Assembly: GCA_016185525.1 (NCBI GenBank)
Contig: JACPNK010000005.1
Location: forward strand, 92,473-156,472
Direction of reading: 5' to 3'
Source: Candidatus Yanofskybacteria bacterium
GTDB taxonomy: Bacteria; Patescibacteriota; Minisyncoccia; 2-02-FULL-40-12; IGHO2-12-FULL-4
Length of the DNA stretch: 64,000 nucleotides
The translations under genes were made by a program, and so were the position numbers. Positions within the stretch are counted from its first letter, which is position 1, and every line of letters starts with the position of its first letter. Positions 8,545 to 17,504 of the stretch are shown piece after piece. The notes beneath the pieces are model-generated. The model saw only the letters and a program-made list of their open reading frames with translations. It ran no database searches and had not been told where the DNA came from.

Positions 8545-10614
8545 ATGTCTGAAAAAGTCATGACTGTTGATGACAACAAAAGCCTACTCTTTCATGTCAA
8601 AGAGGTACTGCAAGGCCGCAGAAAATTTGAAACAGTCTCCGAAGCCGTTCTTAGAATGGTTTTGTCAGAGGGAGTAGAGAAAAAAGTCCATGCCGGAAAA
8701 ACCATATATGATTTTATGTTTTTTCGTAAAGGCTCAAAACACATAGTCGGATGGTATGACGAAATAAATGACTTTGTACACTTTCTCAAAGACGCCGTTG
8801 AAGGCGGCCCTGCCAAAGAGCTGGCCTTTGTTTTTGTTGGAGAGCCTGGCAATGGCAAAACTTTTTTCATTGACTATCTTTGTGGCAGGTATAGGCAGTT
8901 TTTAGCAAGACCGGAAAATAGAAAATACACGTTTAAATTTATTGGCTTGGATAAAGTTCTCGGTTATGACAAAAAAGTTGCGGAGCTGCCGTCTCTTACC
9001 TTTGAAAATCCTATGATTTTAGCCATGAATCTTTTTGAAAACCAAGACCAAACAAAAGAGTTTTTAGCTCAACAGGGGTTTAGGGACACTCAAATTGAAG
9101 CATTTTACAAAAACCATCGTCCTTTGGGCGCCTCCTCGGAGTATTTGTGGTACGAACTGTTTGCTCATTATGACGGCGACCTTGTGGAAATGCTTAAACA
9201 TATTCAAGTCACTCCTGTACCCATGAGAGAAAGTTTGGGCATTACTACGGGAAAGTACGCGGCTAAAGACAAAATTACCGCTTCGGCCGCTGATCTCTTG
9301 GGAGAAGAATCTCTGCAGCTTATGCTGTTGTTGCCGATCGGGGACCCGAACCGATACGATCTGCAGATAGGTGCTTTAGCCAGGGTTGGCGACGGTGGGA
9401 TACATTTTGCTGACGAAATATTTAAGAATAAAACTGACTTCAACCATATTTATCTGCAGGTTGTTCAGAATAGAACCTTGGAACTGGGAGCATTTAAGTG
9501 GTGGCTGGATGTTTTAGTGCTTGCAACTTCCAACTCTGACGAATATCAGAAACTGGTAAGCATGAAAGAAGAATCACCGCTCAAAAGCAGATGTCGAATT
9601 TGTTATGTCGGTCATAATACTGACTATATACTTCAACAAGAACTGACAAAATATTCTATGGGCAGTCAAAAAAAGAAGACTATTTTGGGCGAAGACATGC
9701 ACGAGGACCCGAATTTAAACTTTGCTATTTCTGTTGGGGTGGTTTTTACCAGACTTCCACATTCAGAGAAGCTTACACCCATAGAAACATTGAAACTTGA
9801 AGCCGGTGAAACAGCCGGTGAAAAGGGCATAAAAACAATACTAGAAGTTAAGAAGACCTTAAACGCCAACCCCGATGTCACTAAAAGGTGGGGGCAGAGT
9901 GGATTGGGCCACCGTGATGAAGGCAAAGTTATACAAATTCTGGAAGCTATGCCTGAAAGTAACGAAGGTAAGTGCTTGTTTGCCAAAGATGTTTTTGAGG
10001 CATTTGAAAGAATCGTACTTGACTATGTGGAGGAAGCGGCAAAGCGTGAAAAGTATTTTGAAGACCTAAAAATAGCAAGACAGCTTTATCGTGAACAGGT
10101 GAGAACTTCCATTTTTAACGCTTACCGTGAAGATTCACAAGCCGTTCGTAAAGATGTTTTAGCTTATGTCAACATGATTATTGGAATGGATCAAGAAAAC
10201 TTGGGTCCGGATAAGATGTGGAAGTATCGTGATCCACAAACCGGAGAGTTGAAACCCCTTAAAATAGACACGAGTTTTATTGACAGCGTTGAAAACCGAA
10301 TGGGTCTTTCCAGCGATGAAAGAAAAGAATCTCACCGTAATACCGTACGCAAGATTTACGGTCAGAAAGTTTCCACAGATCCTAATTATGATTTTATGGA
10401 CAATCAGTTATTGGTTAAAGCAGTAACTGACGTAAGACTGGAATCGGATGTTGCCGGGGCAGGCAGTCTGGCTGGCGCTTTGGCCAATAGAACCAATGAA
10501 GAAAACCTAAAAATTTACGACAGGACGGTTAGAGCTATGCTGAAACTTGGCTATTGCCTAACCTGCGCTCAGAAGACGATAGAATACTTTATTACAAAAG
10601 AAGACGAAAGTTAG
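8545..10614 (+). CDS. PrkA-family AAA-type protein (Ser protein kinase PrkA/YeaG paralog 1)
   Basis: Walker A FVGEPGNGKTFF. MHEDP motif. ~690 aa. Immediately followed by yeaH-like and spoVR-like genes. Confidence 0.65.
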   Translation: MSEKVMTVDDNKSLLFHVKEVLQGRRKFETVSEAVLRMVLSEGVEKKVHAGKTIYDFMFFRKGSKHIVGWYDEINDFVHFLKDAVEGGPAKELAFVFVGEPGNGKTFFIDYLCGRYRQFLARPENRKYTFKFIGLDKVLGYDKKVAELPSLTFENPMILAMNLFENQDQTKEFLAQQGFRDTQIEAFYKNHRPLGASSEYLWYELFAHYDGDLVEMLKHIQVTPVPMRESLGITTGKYAAKDKITASAADLLGEESLQLMLLLPIGDPNRYDLQIGALARVGDGGIHFADEIFKNKTDFNHIYLQVVQNRTLELGAFKWWLDVLVLATSNSDEYQKLVSMKEESPLKSRCRICYVGHNTDYILQQELTKYSMGSQKKKTILGEDMHEDPNLNFAISVGVVFTRLPHSEKLTPIETLKLEAGETAGEKGIKTILEVKKTLNANPDVTKRWGQSGLGHRDEGKVIQILEAMPESNEGKCLFAKDVFEAFERIVLDYVEEAAKREKYFEDLKIARQLYREQVRTSIFNAYREDSQAVRKDVLAYVNMIIGMDQENLGPDKMWKYRDPQTGELKPLKIDTSFIDSVENRMGLSSDERKESHRNTVRKIYGQKVSTDPNYDFMDNQLLVKAVTDVRLESDVAGAGSLAGALANRTNEENLKIYDRTVRAMLKLGYCLTCAQKTIEYFITKEDES

Positions 10615-10630
10615 TTAAAGGAGTCTTCCA

Positions 10631-11803
10631 ATGCCCAACGAATCCTTTGAAGAACTTTTGAAAAGAGACGCGCAGAGAGAAAAAGACGGATTCAAGAAGA
10701 AAATAAGGATAAGAAAAATATTGTCCGGGCCGGACAGGGTAATCGCAATTCCTTATGTCGTTGAGGAAAAACTCATTCATGGAGATTTTGAGCCGACCGG
10801 CGAACACGGGATAGACCAAGCCGGACACGGAGAAGGAGAGGTCGGAGATATTATCAGCGAAATACCTCTTTCCGAAAGCGGTGAAGACGGCGACGGCGAT
10901 GAAGAGATTGAAGATGGAGAACCCGAAGCCGGCGAAGGTGAAGGTGAACACGGCATAGAAACGGGAGCTTACCAGCTGGGCAAAGAGCTTTCGGAAGAGT
11001 TAAAGCTTCCTGACTTGAAAGATAAAGGCAAAAAAGTGCCGACTGACGAGTATGTTTATGATCTGACGGACAGACACAAAGGATCCGGCCAATTTTTAGA
11101 CAAAAAAGCAACACTGGTAAGCGTTGTAAAGAGCAATGTTGCTCTGGGCCGCATTGACAAAGACAACATTGATACGACAAAACTCATTGTTGGTCCGCAG
11201 GATAAAATTTATCGTGTTCTTTCCAAAGAAAGGGTCTGGAAGTCTCAAGCGATTGTGTTTTTCTTAAGAGATTATTCTGGTTCTATGCAGGGCGACCCGA
11301 CCAAAGCAATATTAAGCCAACACCTAATGATATATTCATGGCTTTTATTTCAGTATAAGCATCTGGTAATACCAAGGTTTTTTGTTCATGATGTTGAAGC
11401 TGAAGAAGTTTCAGTAGAAGCCTACTTTACAAAGGCTACCAACGGCGGCACTTTTATACCCTCCGTTTATCAAGAGGTTAACAGGATTGTTGAAAAGGAA
11501 AATCTTGCCAGAGATTATAACATTTACGTCTTTCAGGGCACTGACGGCGACGACGGAGACGACGGAGAAAAAGCAGTCCCGGAAATAGAAAAAATTCTAA
11601 GCTATGTCAACCGTATGGGTGTTAGTGTTTTGAGGAACCCACGCCATCTTGAACTTAAACAAGAAAGCCTTTTTGAGCTATATATAAAAGAAGGCAGCTT
11701 TACAGACAGAAAAGATGTTTTCAGAATGCATATTATGTCTGACAGCAACGTAACCGATGAAAAAAATAAACAAGCAGTCAAAGCTTTGGTTGCTGAAGAC
11801 TAG
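10631..11803 (+). CDS. YeaH/YhbH family protein (DUF444, vWA-like) with an acidic D/E/G-rich tract
   Basis: Position between PrkA and SpoVR homologs. Acidic GEDGDGDEEIEDGE region. 390 aa. Confidence 0.6.
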   Translation: MPNESFEELLKRDAQREKDGFKKKIRIRKILSGPDRVIAIPYVVEEKLIHGDFEPTGEHGIDQAGHGEGEVGDIISEIPLSESGEDGDGDEEIEDGEPEAGEGEGEHGIETGAYQLGKELSEELKLPDLKDKGKKVPTDEYVYDLTDRHKGSGQFLDKKATLVSVVKSNVALGRIDKDNIDTTKLIVGPQDKIYRVLSKERVWKSQAIVFFLRDYSGSMQGDPTKAILSQHLMIYSWLLFQYKHLVIPRFFVHDVEAEEVSVEAYFTKATNGGTFIPSVYQEVNRIVEKENLARDYNIYVFQGTDGDDGDDGEKAVPEIEKILSYVNRMGVSVLRNPRHLELKQESLFELYIKEGSFTDRKDVFRMHIMSDSNVTDEKNKQAVKALVAED

Positions 11804-11809
11804 AGTCAG

Positions 11810-11834
11810 CGGATGGTATCACCGTCCGTTTTTT
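11810..11834 (+). terminator. terminator between the yeaH-like and spoVR-like genes
   Basis: cggatgg-tatca-ccgtccg hairpin (one G-U pair) followed by tttttt. Confidence 0.55.
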
Positions 11835-11910
11835 AGTCCTTGTATTTATCTAATAATCCTGTAAATTTTAAGAAAGAACCTTAAAAATAAGGAAAAACGA
11901 GGCAAGAACT

Positions 11911-13617
11911 ATGGAACTGTTAGGACAAGAGACCAAGAAAATTATGGAGGAGTGCAAGACTAGAGCAAGAGCCGAGGGCTTAAGCTTTGAGGGAGAGACC
12001 TTAGAGTACATCGCCACCAATCAAGATTTCCTGGCGCTTATGCCAAAAGCGATGATTCCCACGCTTTATGATTTTTGGGTTGATGACGTGGAGGTTATCA
12101 AAAATAAGTGGGTTTACAAATTATATCCCGACAACCCTTATGAGACCGTAGTCAACACCAGACCTCCATTGTCATTTTACAACGACAACAACGCTGATTG
12201 GTTTAATATAATGATTTTCTACCACGTTTTGTTTCACATAGACTACTACCAGAACAATGTTTTTTTCAGAAACACATGGAATCGGGATTTTTGCGGTGAA
12301 GCGCTGGCCGATAAGCGCCTTATAAACAGGATCCGGGAAGAAATGGGAACCGAAAAGAGGTGGGTTGACTACGTAATTGAATTTGCCAGAGGCGCGGACA
12401 ACTTGGTCGGTTACTATCAGGAACTTAGGGAAGAAGACAGGAACCAGACAAGAGAAACTGCAGGCTCCTTTTCTAAAAAAGTTGACTTTTACTTCGGCGA
12501 ATTCCTGAAACAACGCCACGAAGAAAAGAACATAACGCTCAAGTTTTATTACGACGAACTTGAACGGCTCAATGTCTGCCATAAGCAGTTTGGCCAGAAA
12601 GTAGGAGACGACATTTTCTTCAACGACACGGCTTTCAGAAGCAAGTTTCCGGAATTTGACGGTGTCTTTAAGAAGCGTGAAGAGAAAAAGAAGCCAAAGA
12701 CAAAAGACATTCTTCAATATCTTGCGGACCGCTCCGAGTTTGTAAACAAAGAAGGCAACGGGTGGATGAAAGAAGTCCTTGAAGTAGTAAGAAGAACGTC
12801 GCTTTTTTTTCAGCCTCACTTCAGAACCCATAACAGCAACGAAGGCTGGGCCAGTTTGTGGCACGAAAGGTTGTTTATAGCCGACCCCCGGATTCGCTCT
12901 CATGAGATTGACTACAGCATAGTCAACTCTAGAGTTGTTGTTGACCCGGAAATAATAGGACTTAACCCTTATATCGGTTTCAAGCGTCTCTATGAATTTA
13001 TTGAAGAACTCGCGGCAAAAGGCAAGCTCTCCTACCAATACCAGCTGATAAAAGACGCTGAAGCTAGAAAACACTTTGACCAAAAACTGGGAGAAGAAAC
13101 GGGCAAAAAAGCCCTGTTTGAAGCCAGAAAAAATTTTGACGACTTTATGCTTGTCAATTTTCTTTCCGACGACGACTTTCAGGACTTCGTTGATAAATAC
13201 AATCTTTTTGTCGCCGGCCTTCATCTAAACTTAGAAAGATTGTCGCTTCAAGTTTATATCAAGTCGAGAAGCGGAAAAGAGTATCGGAAGATGCTCAACG
13301 ACAGCTTATACCACCCGCCCCACATCATAATCAGTGAAGATAAAGCCAGGGAAGGAGAGCTGTACCTTGACCATTCCTTTGAGGGCCGGTCTCTGGTTAC
13401 GGCCTATATTCCGGCAGTTTTAATCGGTCTGTCTTATTTGGCCGGTAATACGGTTAAGCTTGAAACAACAGAATTTGATTCTGGTCCGATAAGACTAGAC
13501 AGTCCACTTTTGGAAGCAGGATATACGCCAGAGTACAAAAAACTTCGTGTGCTTTACACTTGCAAAGGTAAAACAGTGGAAAAAACTTTGATTTCCGAAG
13601 AAGAGGGGGGAGAGTAA
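11911..13617 (+). CDS. SpoVR/YcgB family protein
   Basis: 568 aa. RTHNSNEGWASLWHE-type region. Synteny with PrkA and YeaH homologs. Confidence 0.7.
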   Translation: MELLGQETKKIMEECKTRARAEGLSFEGETLEYIATNQDFLALMPKAMIPTLYDFWVDDVEVIKNKWVYKLYPDNPYETVVNTRPPLSFYNDNNADWFNIMIFYHVLFHIDYYQNNVFFRNTWNRDFCGEALADKRLINRIREEMGTEKRWVDYVIEFARGADNLVGYYQELREEDRNQTRETAGSFSKKVDFYFGEFLKQRHEEKNITLKFYYDELERLNVCHKQFGQKVGDDIFFNDTAFRSKFPEFDGVFKKREEKKKPKTKDILQYLADRSEFVNKEGNGWMKEVLEVVRRTSLFFQPHFRTHNSNEGWASLWHERLFIADPRIRSHEIDYSIVNSRVVVDPEIIGLNPYIGFKRLYEFIEELAAKGKLSYQYQLIKDAEARKHFDQKLGEETGKKALFEARKNFDDFMLVNFLSDDDFQDFVDKYNLFVAGLHLNLERLSLQVYIKSRSGKEYRKMLNDSLYHPPHIIISEDKAREGELYLDHSFEGRSLVTAYIPAVLIGLSYLAGNTVKLETTEFDSGPIRLDSPLLEAGYTPEYKKLRVLYTCKGKTVEKTLISEEEGGE

Positions 13618-13619
13618 CC

Positions 13620-15818
13620 GTGGATGAAACCAAAAAAGCGCTGGAGACGTTAAGAACCGATATTGAGGATAAAGAGAAAAGAAAAGTTTTGAGGTTTGAT
13701 GAATTTTTGGACGTTGCAAAAAGAGAGCCCGAGAGGTCTCTGCGGGATATTTTTCAGCTTTTTCACGACATGGTCAAAAGTTGTGTCGGCAAAGGAGAAG
13801 ACGAATATCCTGACGACCCCGAAAGCATCGGTTTCATTAAATACGACTGTTCAAAAATTTTTGTCAGGGATTCTGACAACCCCTTTTTTGCCGACAGGCT
13901 TTTTGCCAACAGATTTGTAAGGCAGGTGGAGTCGCTTAGGCAGGGCTCCAGGCAGAATCGGATATATGTCTACGAAGGGCCTCACGGATCCGGCAAAAGC
14001 ACATTTTTGAACAACCTTCTTCAGGCATTTGAAGAATACACAGCCACAGAGGAAGGGCAGAGCTTTGAGATTTTTTGGGATATTGATATTGGAGGGGGGG
14101 AAAAGGTTAATGTCTCTTGTCCAAGCCATGACTATCCGATGCTGGTTATCCCCAAAAGTTATCGCGCTGCTTTCTTGGACAAACTTCTGTCGGAAAAGAT
14201 GTCTGAATTTAAGTACAAGCTCTCTCACGAAAAAGAGTATGAGTGGCTATTTAAAAGAGAGGTCTGCACAATATGCAAGTCTCTTTTTTGGGCTTTGTTT
14301 GAAAAACTTGGCTCTCTTGACAAAGTTTTCGACATGATTAAAGTTCGTAATTGCAAATTTGATCGTCGGCTAGGCGAAGGCATTAGCGTTTTTAACCCCG
14401 GCGACAGCCCCATCAAAGAGGCTTACTTAACTGTTGCTCGGACCCAAAGAAAGCTCGATACCATATTCGGCGCCAATCTCGTAAAATACGTGTTTTCGCC
14501 CCTTGCCAAAACCAATAATGGCATATATGTCCTTATGGACATCAAGTCTTTCAACAAAGACAGACTTTTGGAACTTCACAATGTCATTTCCGAAGGCGTT
14601 CATAAGGTCAACGGCATGGTAGAAGAAAGAATAAGTTCGCTTTTTTTAGCTCTCATGAACCCGGAAGACAAAGAAAGCATAAAGGAAGAGAAAGCCGAAT
14701 CATTCCAAGGAAGAATCCAGTATAACAAAGTTTCATACGTTTTAGACGTGCCTACCGAGGTTAAAACTTACTATAGTGTCTTCGGTGAACAAATCGATCT
14801 GCAGTTTCTTCCGAGGGTTCTTAAAAACTTCGCAAGAGTAATAATTTCTTCCAGAATGAATGCCGAATGCGCAGCGCTTAAAGAGTGGATTCTGGACATG
14901 AAAAAATACAACCGTTACTGCGACGAAGCGGGACTTCTGCTAAGGATGGCGATAAATGGCGGCACCATTCCACAATGGCTATCTGAAGAAGACAAGAAAA
15001 AAATGACGGCTGTCATCAGGCGGAAACTGATTGCGACTGGAGAATTAGAAGGAGTAAAGGGTTTTTCCGGAAGAGAGTCTATCGATCTTCTTGGTGAATT
15101 TTTAAGGCGTTATGGCGGAAAACCCAAGTTGATAAACATGGACAACGTTTGTGACTTCTTCAAGCACAAGGTTGATAGAGACACGAGAAACGAAAATATA
15201 CCCAAAAACTTTATCGGCTCGCTTGTGAACTGGTATGACTACTTAGTGTTAAACGAAATAAAAGAGTCTCTTTATTTTTATAATAAGGAACAGATTCAAA
15301 AAGATATTCTAAATTATATCTACGCCGTAAACTACGATGTTGGGAGCAAAATAAAATGCGAGTGGACTCAGCAGGAATTAGAGGTTTCAACTGAATTTTT
15401 TAAAATGTTTGGTTCTTATTTTACCGGCATAGTTCTGGGTGATCACGGCGCTTTAGAGTTTGCAAAAGAAACTCAAAAAAAATTCAGAAAAGTTATTGCC
15501 CAATGCCAAAATAAAAAAATAACCGGCGAGAAAATATCTGAAACGGAGTTATACCAAGAACTCTTTACGGCTTACACCAAGAACTTGAAAGAAAAACTGT
15601 CCGAGCCGTTCCTTAAAAGCGACAACTTTAAAGAAGCGGTAAAATGTTTTGGAACCGAAAAATTCAAAACCTTTGACACTCGGCTGAAAGAACATGTTGC
15701 TCACATGACCAAGAACTTAGAAGAAAAGTTTGGATATTCGGAACAAGGAGCCAAAGAAATTTGTCTTTACGCGATTGAACAAAAGCTGGTTGACAAATTT
15801 CCTTCAAAACATTCTTAG
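13620..15818 (+). CDS. prkA: PrkA-family Ser protein kinase (canonical-looking paralog; GTG start)
   Basis: RIYVYEGPHGSGKSTFLNNLLQAFEEYT closely resembles the PrkA AAA region. 732 aa. Confidence 0.7.
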   Translation: MDETKKALETLRTDIEDKEKRKVLRFDEFLDVAKREPERSLRDIFQLFHDMVKSCVGKGEDEYPDDPESIGFIKYDCSKIFVRDSDNPFFADRLFANRFVRQVESLRQGSRQNRIYVYEGPHGSGKSTFLNNLLQAFEEYTATEEGQSFEIFWDIDIGGGEKVNVSCPSHDYPMLVIPKSYRAAFLDKLLSEKMSEFKYKLSHEKEYEWLFKREVCTICKSLFWALFEKLGSLDKVFDMIKVRNCKFDRRLGEGISVFNPGDSPIKEAYLTVARTQRKLDTIFGANLVKYVFSPLAKTNNGIYVLMDIKSFNKDRLLELHNVISEGVHKVNGMVEERISSLFLALMNPEDKESIKEEKAESFQGRIQYNKVSYVLDVPTEVKTYYSVFGEQIDLQFLPRVLKNFARVIISSRMNAECAALKEWILDMKKYNRYCDEAGLLLRMAINGGTIPQWLSEEDKKKMTAVIRRKLIATGELEGVKGFSGRESIDLLGEFLRRYGGKPKLINMDNVCDFFKHKVDRDTRNENIPKNFIGSLVNWYDYLVLNEIKESLYFYNKEQIQKDILNYIYAVNYDVGSKIKCEWTQQELEVSTEFFKMFGSYFTGIVLGDHGALEFAKETQKKFRKVIAQCQNKKITGEKISETELYQELFTAYTKNLKEKLSEPFLKSDNFKEAVKCFGTEKFKTFDTRLKEHVAHMTKNLEEKFGYSEQGAKEICLYAIEQKLVDKFPSKHS

Positions 15819-15872
15819 CACCTTCGCTTCGTTTGACTGTTTGCAAAACTTAATTTATTATTTGTTGCAATA

Positions 15873-17441
15873 ATGGACTATACCAAATTAAGCAAATCTT
15901 TAGACCTTTCTGATAAAAAAGAAAGGTTTTTATATCGTTTTTTTGAGTTTTTGCCGGGCTTTTTAGCCTGGCTTACGCTATTTTTGATTACCTTTTTATC
16001 CTTCATTGCGCCGGCTTTTACTGCCGTTTTTATAATTTTATTTGACACCTATTGGCTTATTAAAACAGTTTATCTTTCTCTGCACTTAAGACACGCCTAC
16101 AAAAAACTAAGGCTTAATCTGACTATTGACTGGCTTGAAAGGCTGGAGAAACTGCCAACTACAGAGTATAAACTGCAAAGCATTAAATCCTGGCAAGACG
16201 TTTACCACCTAATAATACTGCCTCGCTACAAAGAAGGCAGGGAGTTGGTTACAGCCTCAATTGAAAGCCTGTTAAATTCAAACTACCCCAAGACAAAGAT
16301 GATCTTGGTTTTAGCCCAAGAATCCAGAGCCGGCGAGGAAGAAAACAAACTGGGCTATGAGCTGGAAAAAGAATATGGCAGTAAATTTTTTCAGTTTATA
16401 GTCACTGAACATCCGGACAATATTCAAGGAGAAATGTCCGGCAAAGGTTCAAACGCGGCCTATGCCGGCAGATTGGTCAAAGAAAAAATCATTAATGTTC
16501 TGGGTATAAAATACGACCATGTTATCGTCTCAAACTTTGATATCGACACTGTCGTCTCCAGCCACTATTTTTCTCTTTTAACATACCTTTATCTTACTAC
16601 CCAAAATCCTCTACGTACCTCTTATCAACCGGTACCTCTTTATGTTAACAACATTTGGGAAGCCCCGGCCTTAGCCCGAGTGGTCGCTTTCTCTGCCACT
16701 TTCTGGCACACGATCCAGCAGGAAAGACCGGAGAGGTTGACTACGTTTTCCAGCCACTCAATGCCATTTCAGGCCCTGGTTGATGTTGATTTTTGGCAAA
16801 CCAATATGGTCTCTGAAGACTCGCGCATTTTTTGGCAGTGTTTTCTTAGATACAACGGCAATTATAAGGTAACGCCCATGTTTTACCCTGTATCTATGGA
16901 TGCCAATGTTGCTTCCAACTTTTGGCAGACGATGAAAAATATATACAAACAACAGAGGCGGTGGGGTTACGGAGTAGAGAATATACCGTACTTCTTTTTT
17001 GGTTTTTACAAAAACAAACTAATTCCTTTGAAAAAAAAGCTCTACTATATCTTTAATGTCCTTGAAGGTTTCCACTCTTGGGCTACTAATGCGATCATAA
17101 TATTTCTTCTGGGCTGGCTGCCGGTTGCAGTTGGCGGAGCAAAATTCAACCAGTCTGTCTTGTCTTTAAACCTGCCTCAATTCACGAGAACCATAATGAG
17201 CTTAGCCATGATAGGACTTATCTCCTCGGCCGTCTTGTCTATAGTTCTCTTGCCGCCAAAACCCTTACGCTACAGACGCTTTAAGTATTTTTGGATGGTT
17301 TTGCAGTGGTTATTATTCCCCATAACCACAATCGTCTTAGGTGCTTTACCTGGTCTTGAGGCTCAAACTAGACTGATGATCGGAAAGTATCTGGGTTTTT
17401 GGGTTACACCTAAGAATAGAATCATGAATCACGAATCATGA
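15873..17441 (+). CDS. membrane glycosyltransferase family 2 (processive, cellulose-synthase-like fold)
   Basis: TM helices at both ends. NFDIDTV (DxD-like) and QRRWGYG (QxxRW) motifs. Confidence 0.65.
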   Translation: MDYTKLSKSLDLSDKKERFLYRFFEFLPGFLAWLTLFLITFLSFIAPAFTAVFIILFDTYWLIKTVYLSLHLRHAYKKLRLNLTIDWLERLEKLPTTEYKLQSIKSWQDVYHLIILPRYKEGRELVTASIESLLNSNYPKTKMILVLAQESRAGEEENKLGYELEKEYGSKFFQFIVTEHPDNIQGEMSGKGSNAAYAGRLVKEKIINVLGIKYDHVIVSNFDIDTVVSSHYFSLLTYLYLTTQNPLRTSYQPVPLYVNNIWEAPALARVVAFSATFWHTIQQERPERLTTFSSHSMPFQALVDVDFWQTNMVSEDSRIFWQCFLRYNGNYKVTPMFYPVSMDANVASNFWQTMKNIYKQQRRWGYGVENIPYFFFGFYKNKLIPLKKKLYYIFNVLEGFHSWATNAIIIFLLGWLPVAVGGAKFNQSVLSLNLPQFTRTIMSLAMIGLISSAVLSIVLLPPKPLRYRRFKYFWMVLQWLLFPITTIVLGALPGLEAQTRLMIGKYLGFWVTPKNRIMNHES

Positions 17442-17504
17442 ATTAATGTCCTTAAAAATCTGTTTCTCTCCTTGATTCTTGACTCATACTTCATAATTCC
17501 TTTT

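Noticed and set aside
12172-13224. 350-aa minus-strand ORF inside the SpoVR-like gene
   Set aside because: Completely antisense to a well-supported, conserved-family CDS. Low-complexity K/F/V-rich translation typical of AT-rich antisense frames.
17421-17450. gaatcatgaatcacgaatcatgaatt tandem-like repeat
   Set aside because: It lies at the 3' end of the GT2 coding sequence (…NRIMNHES stop) and is short. Likely coincidental codon repetition.
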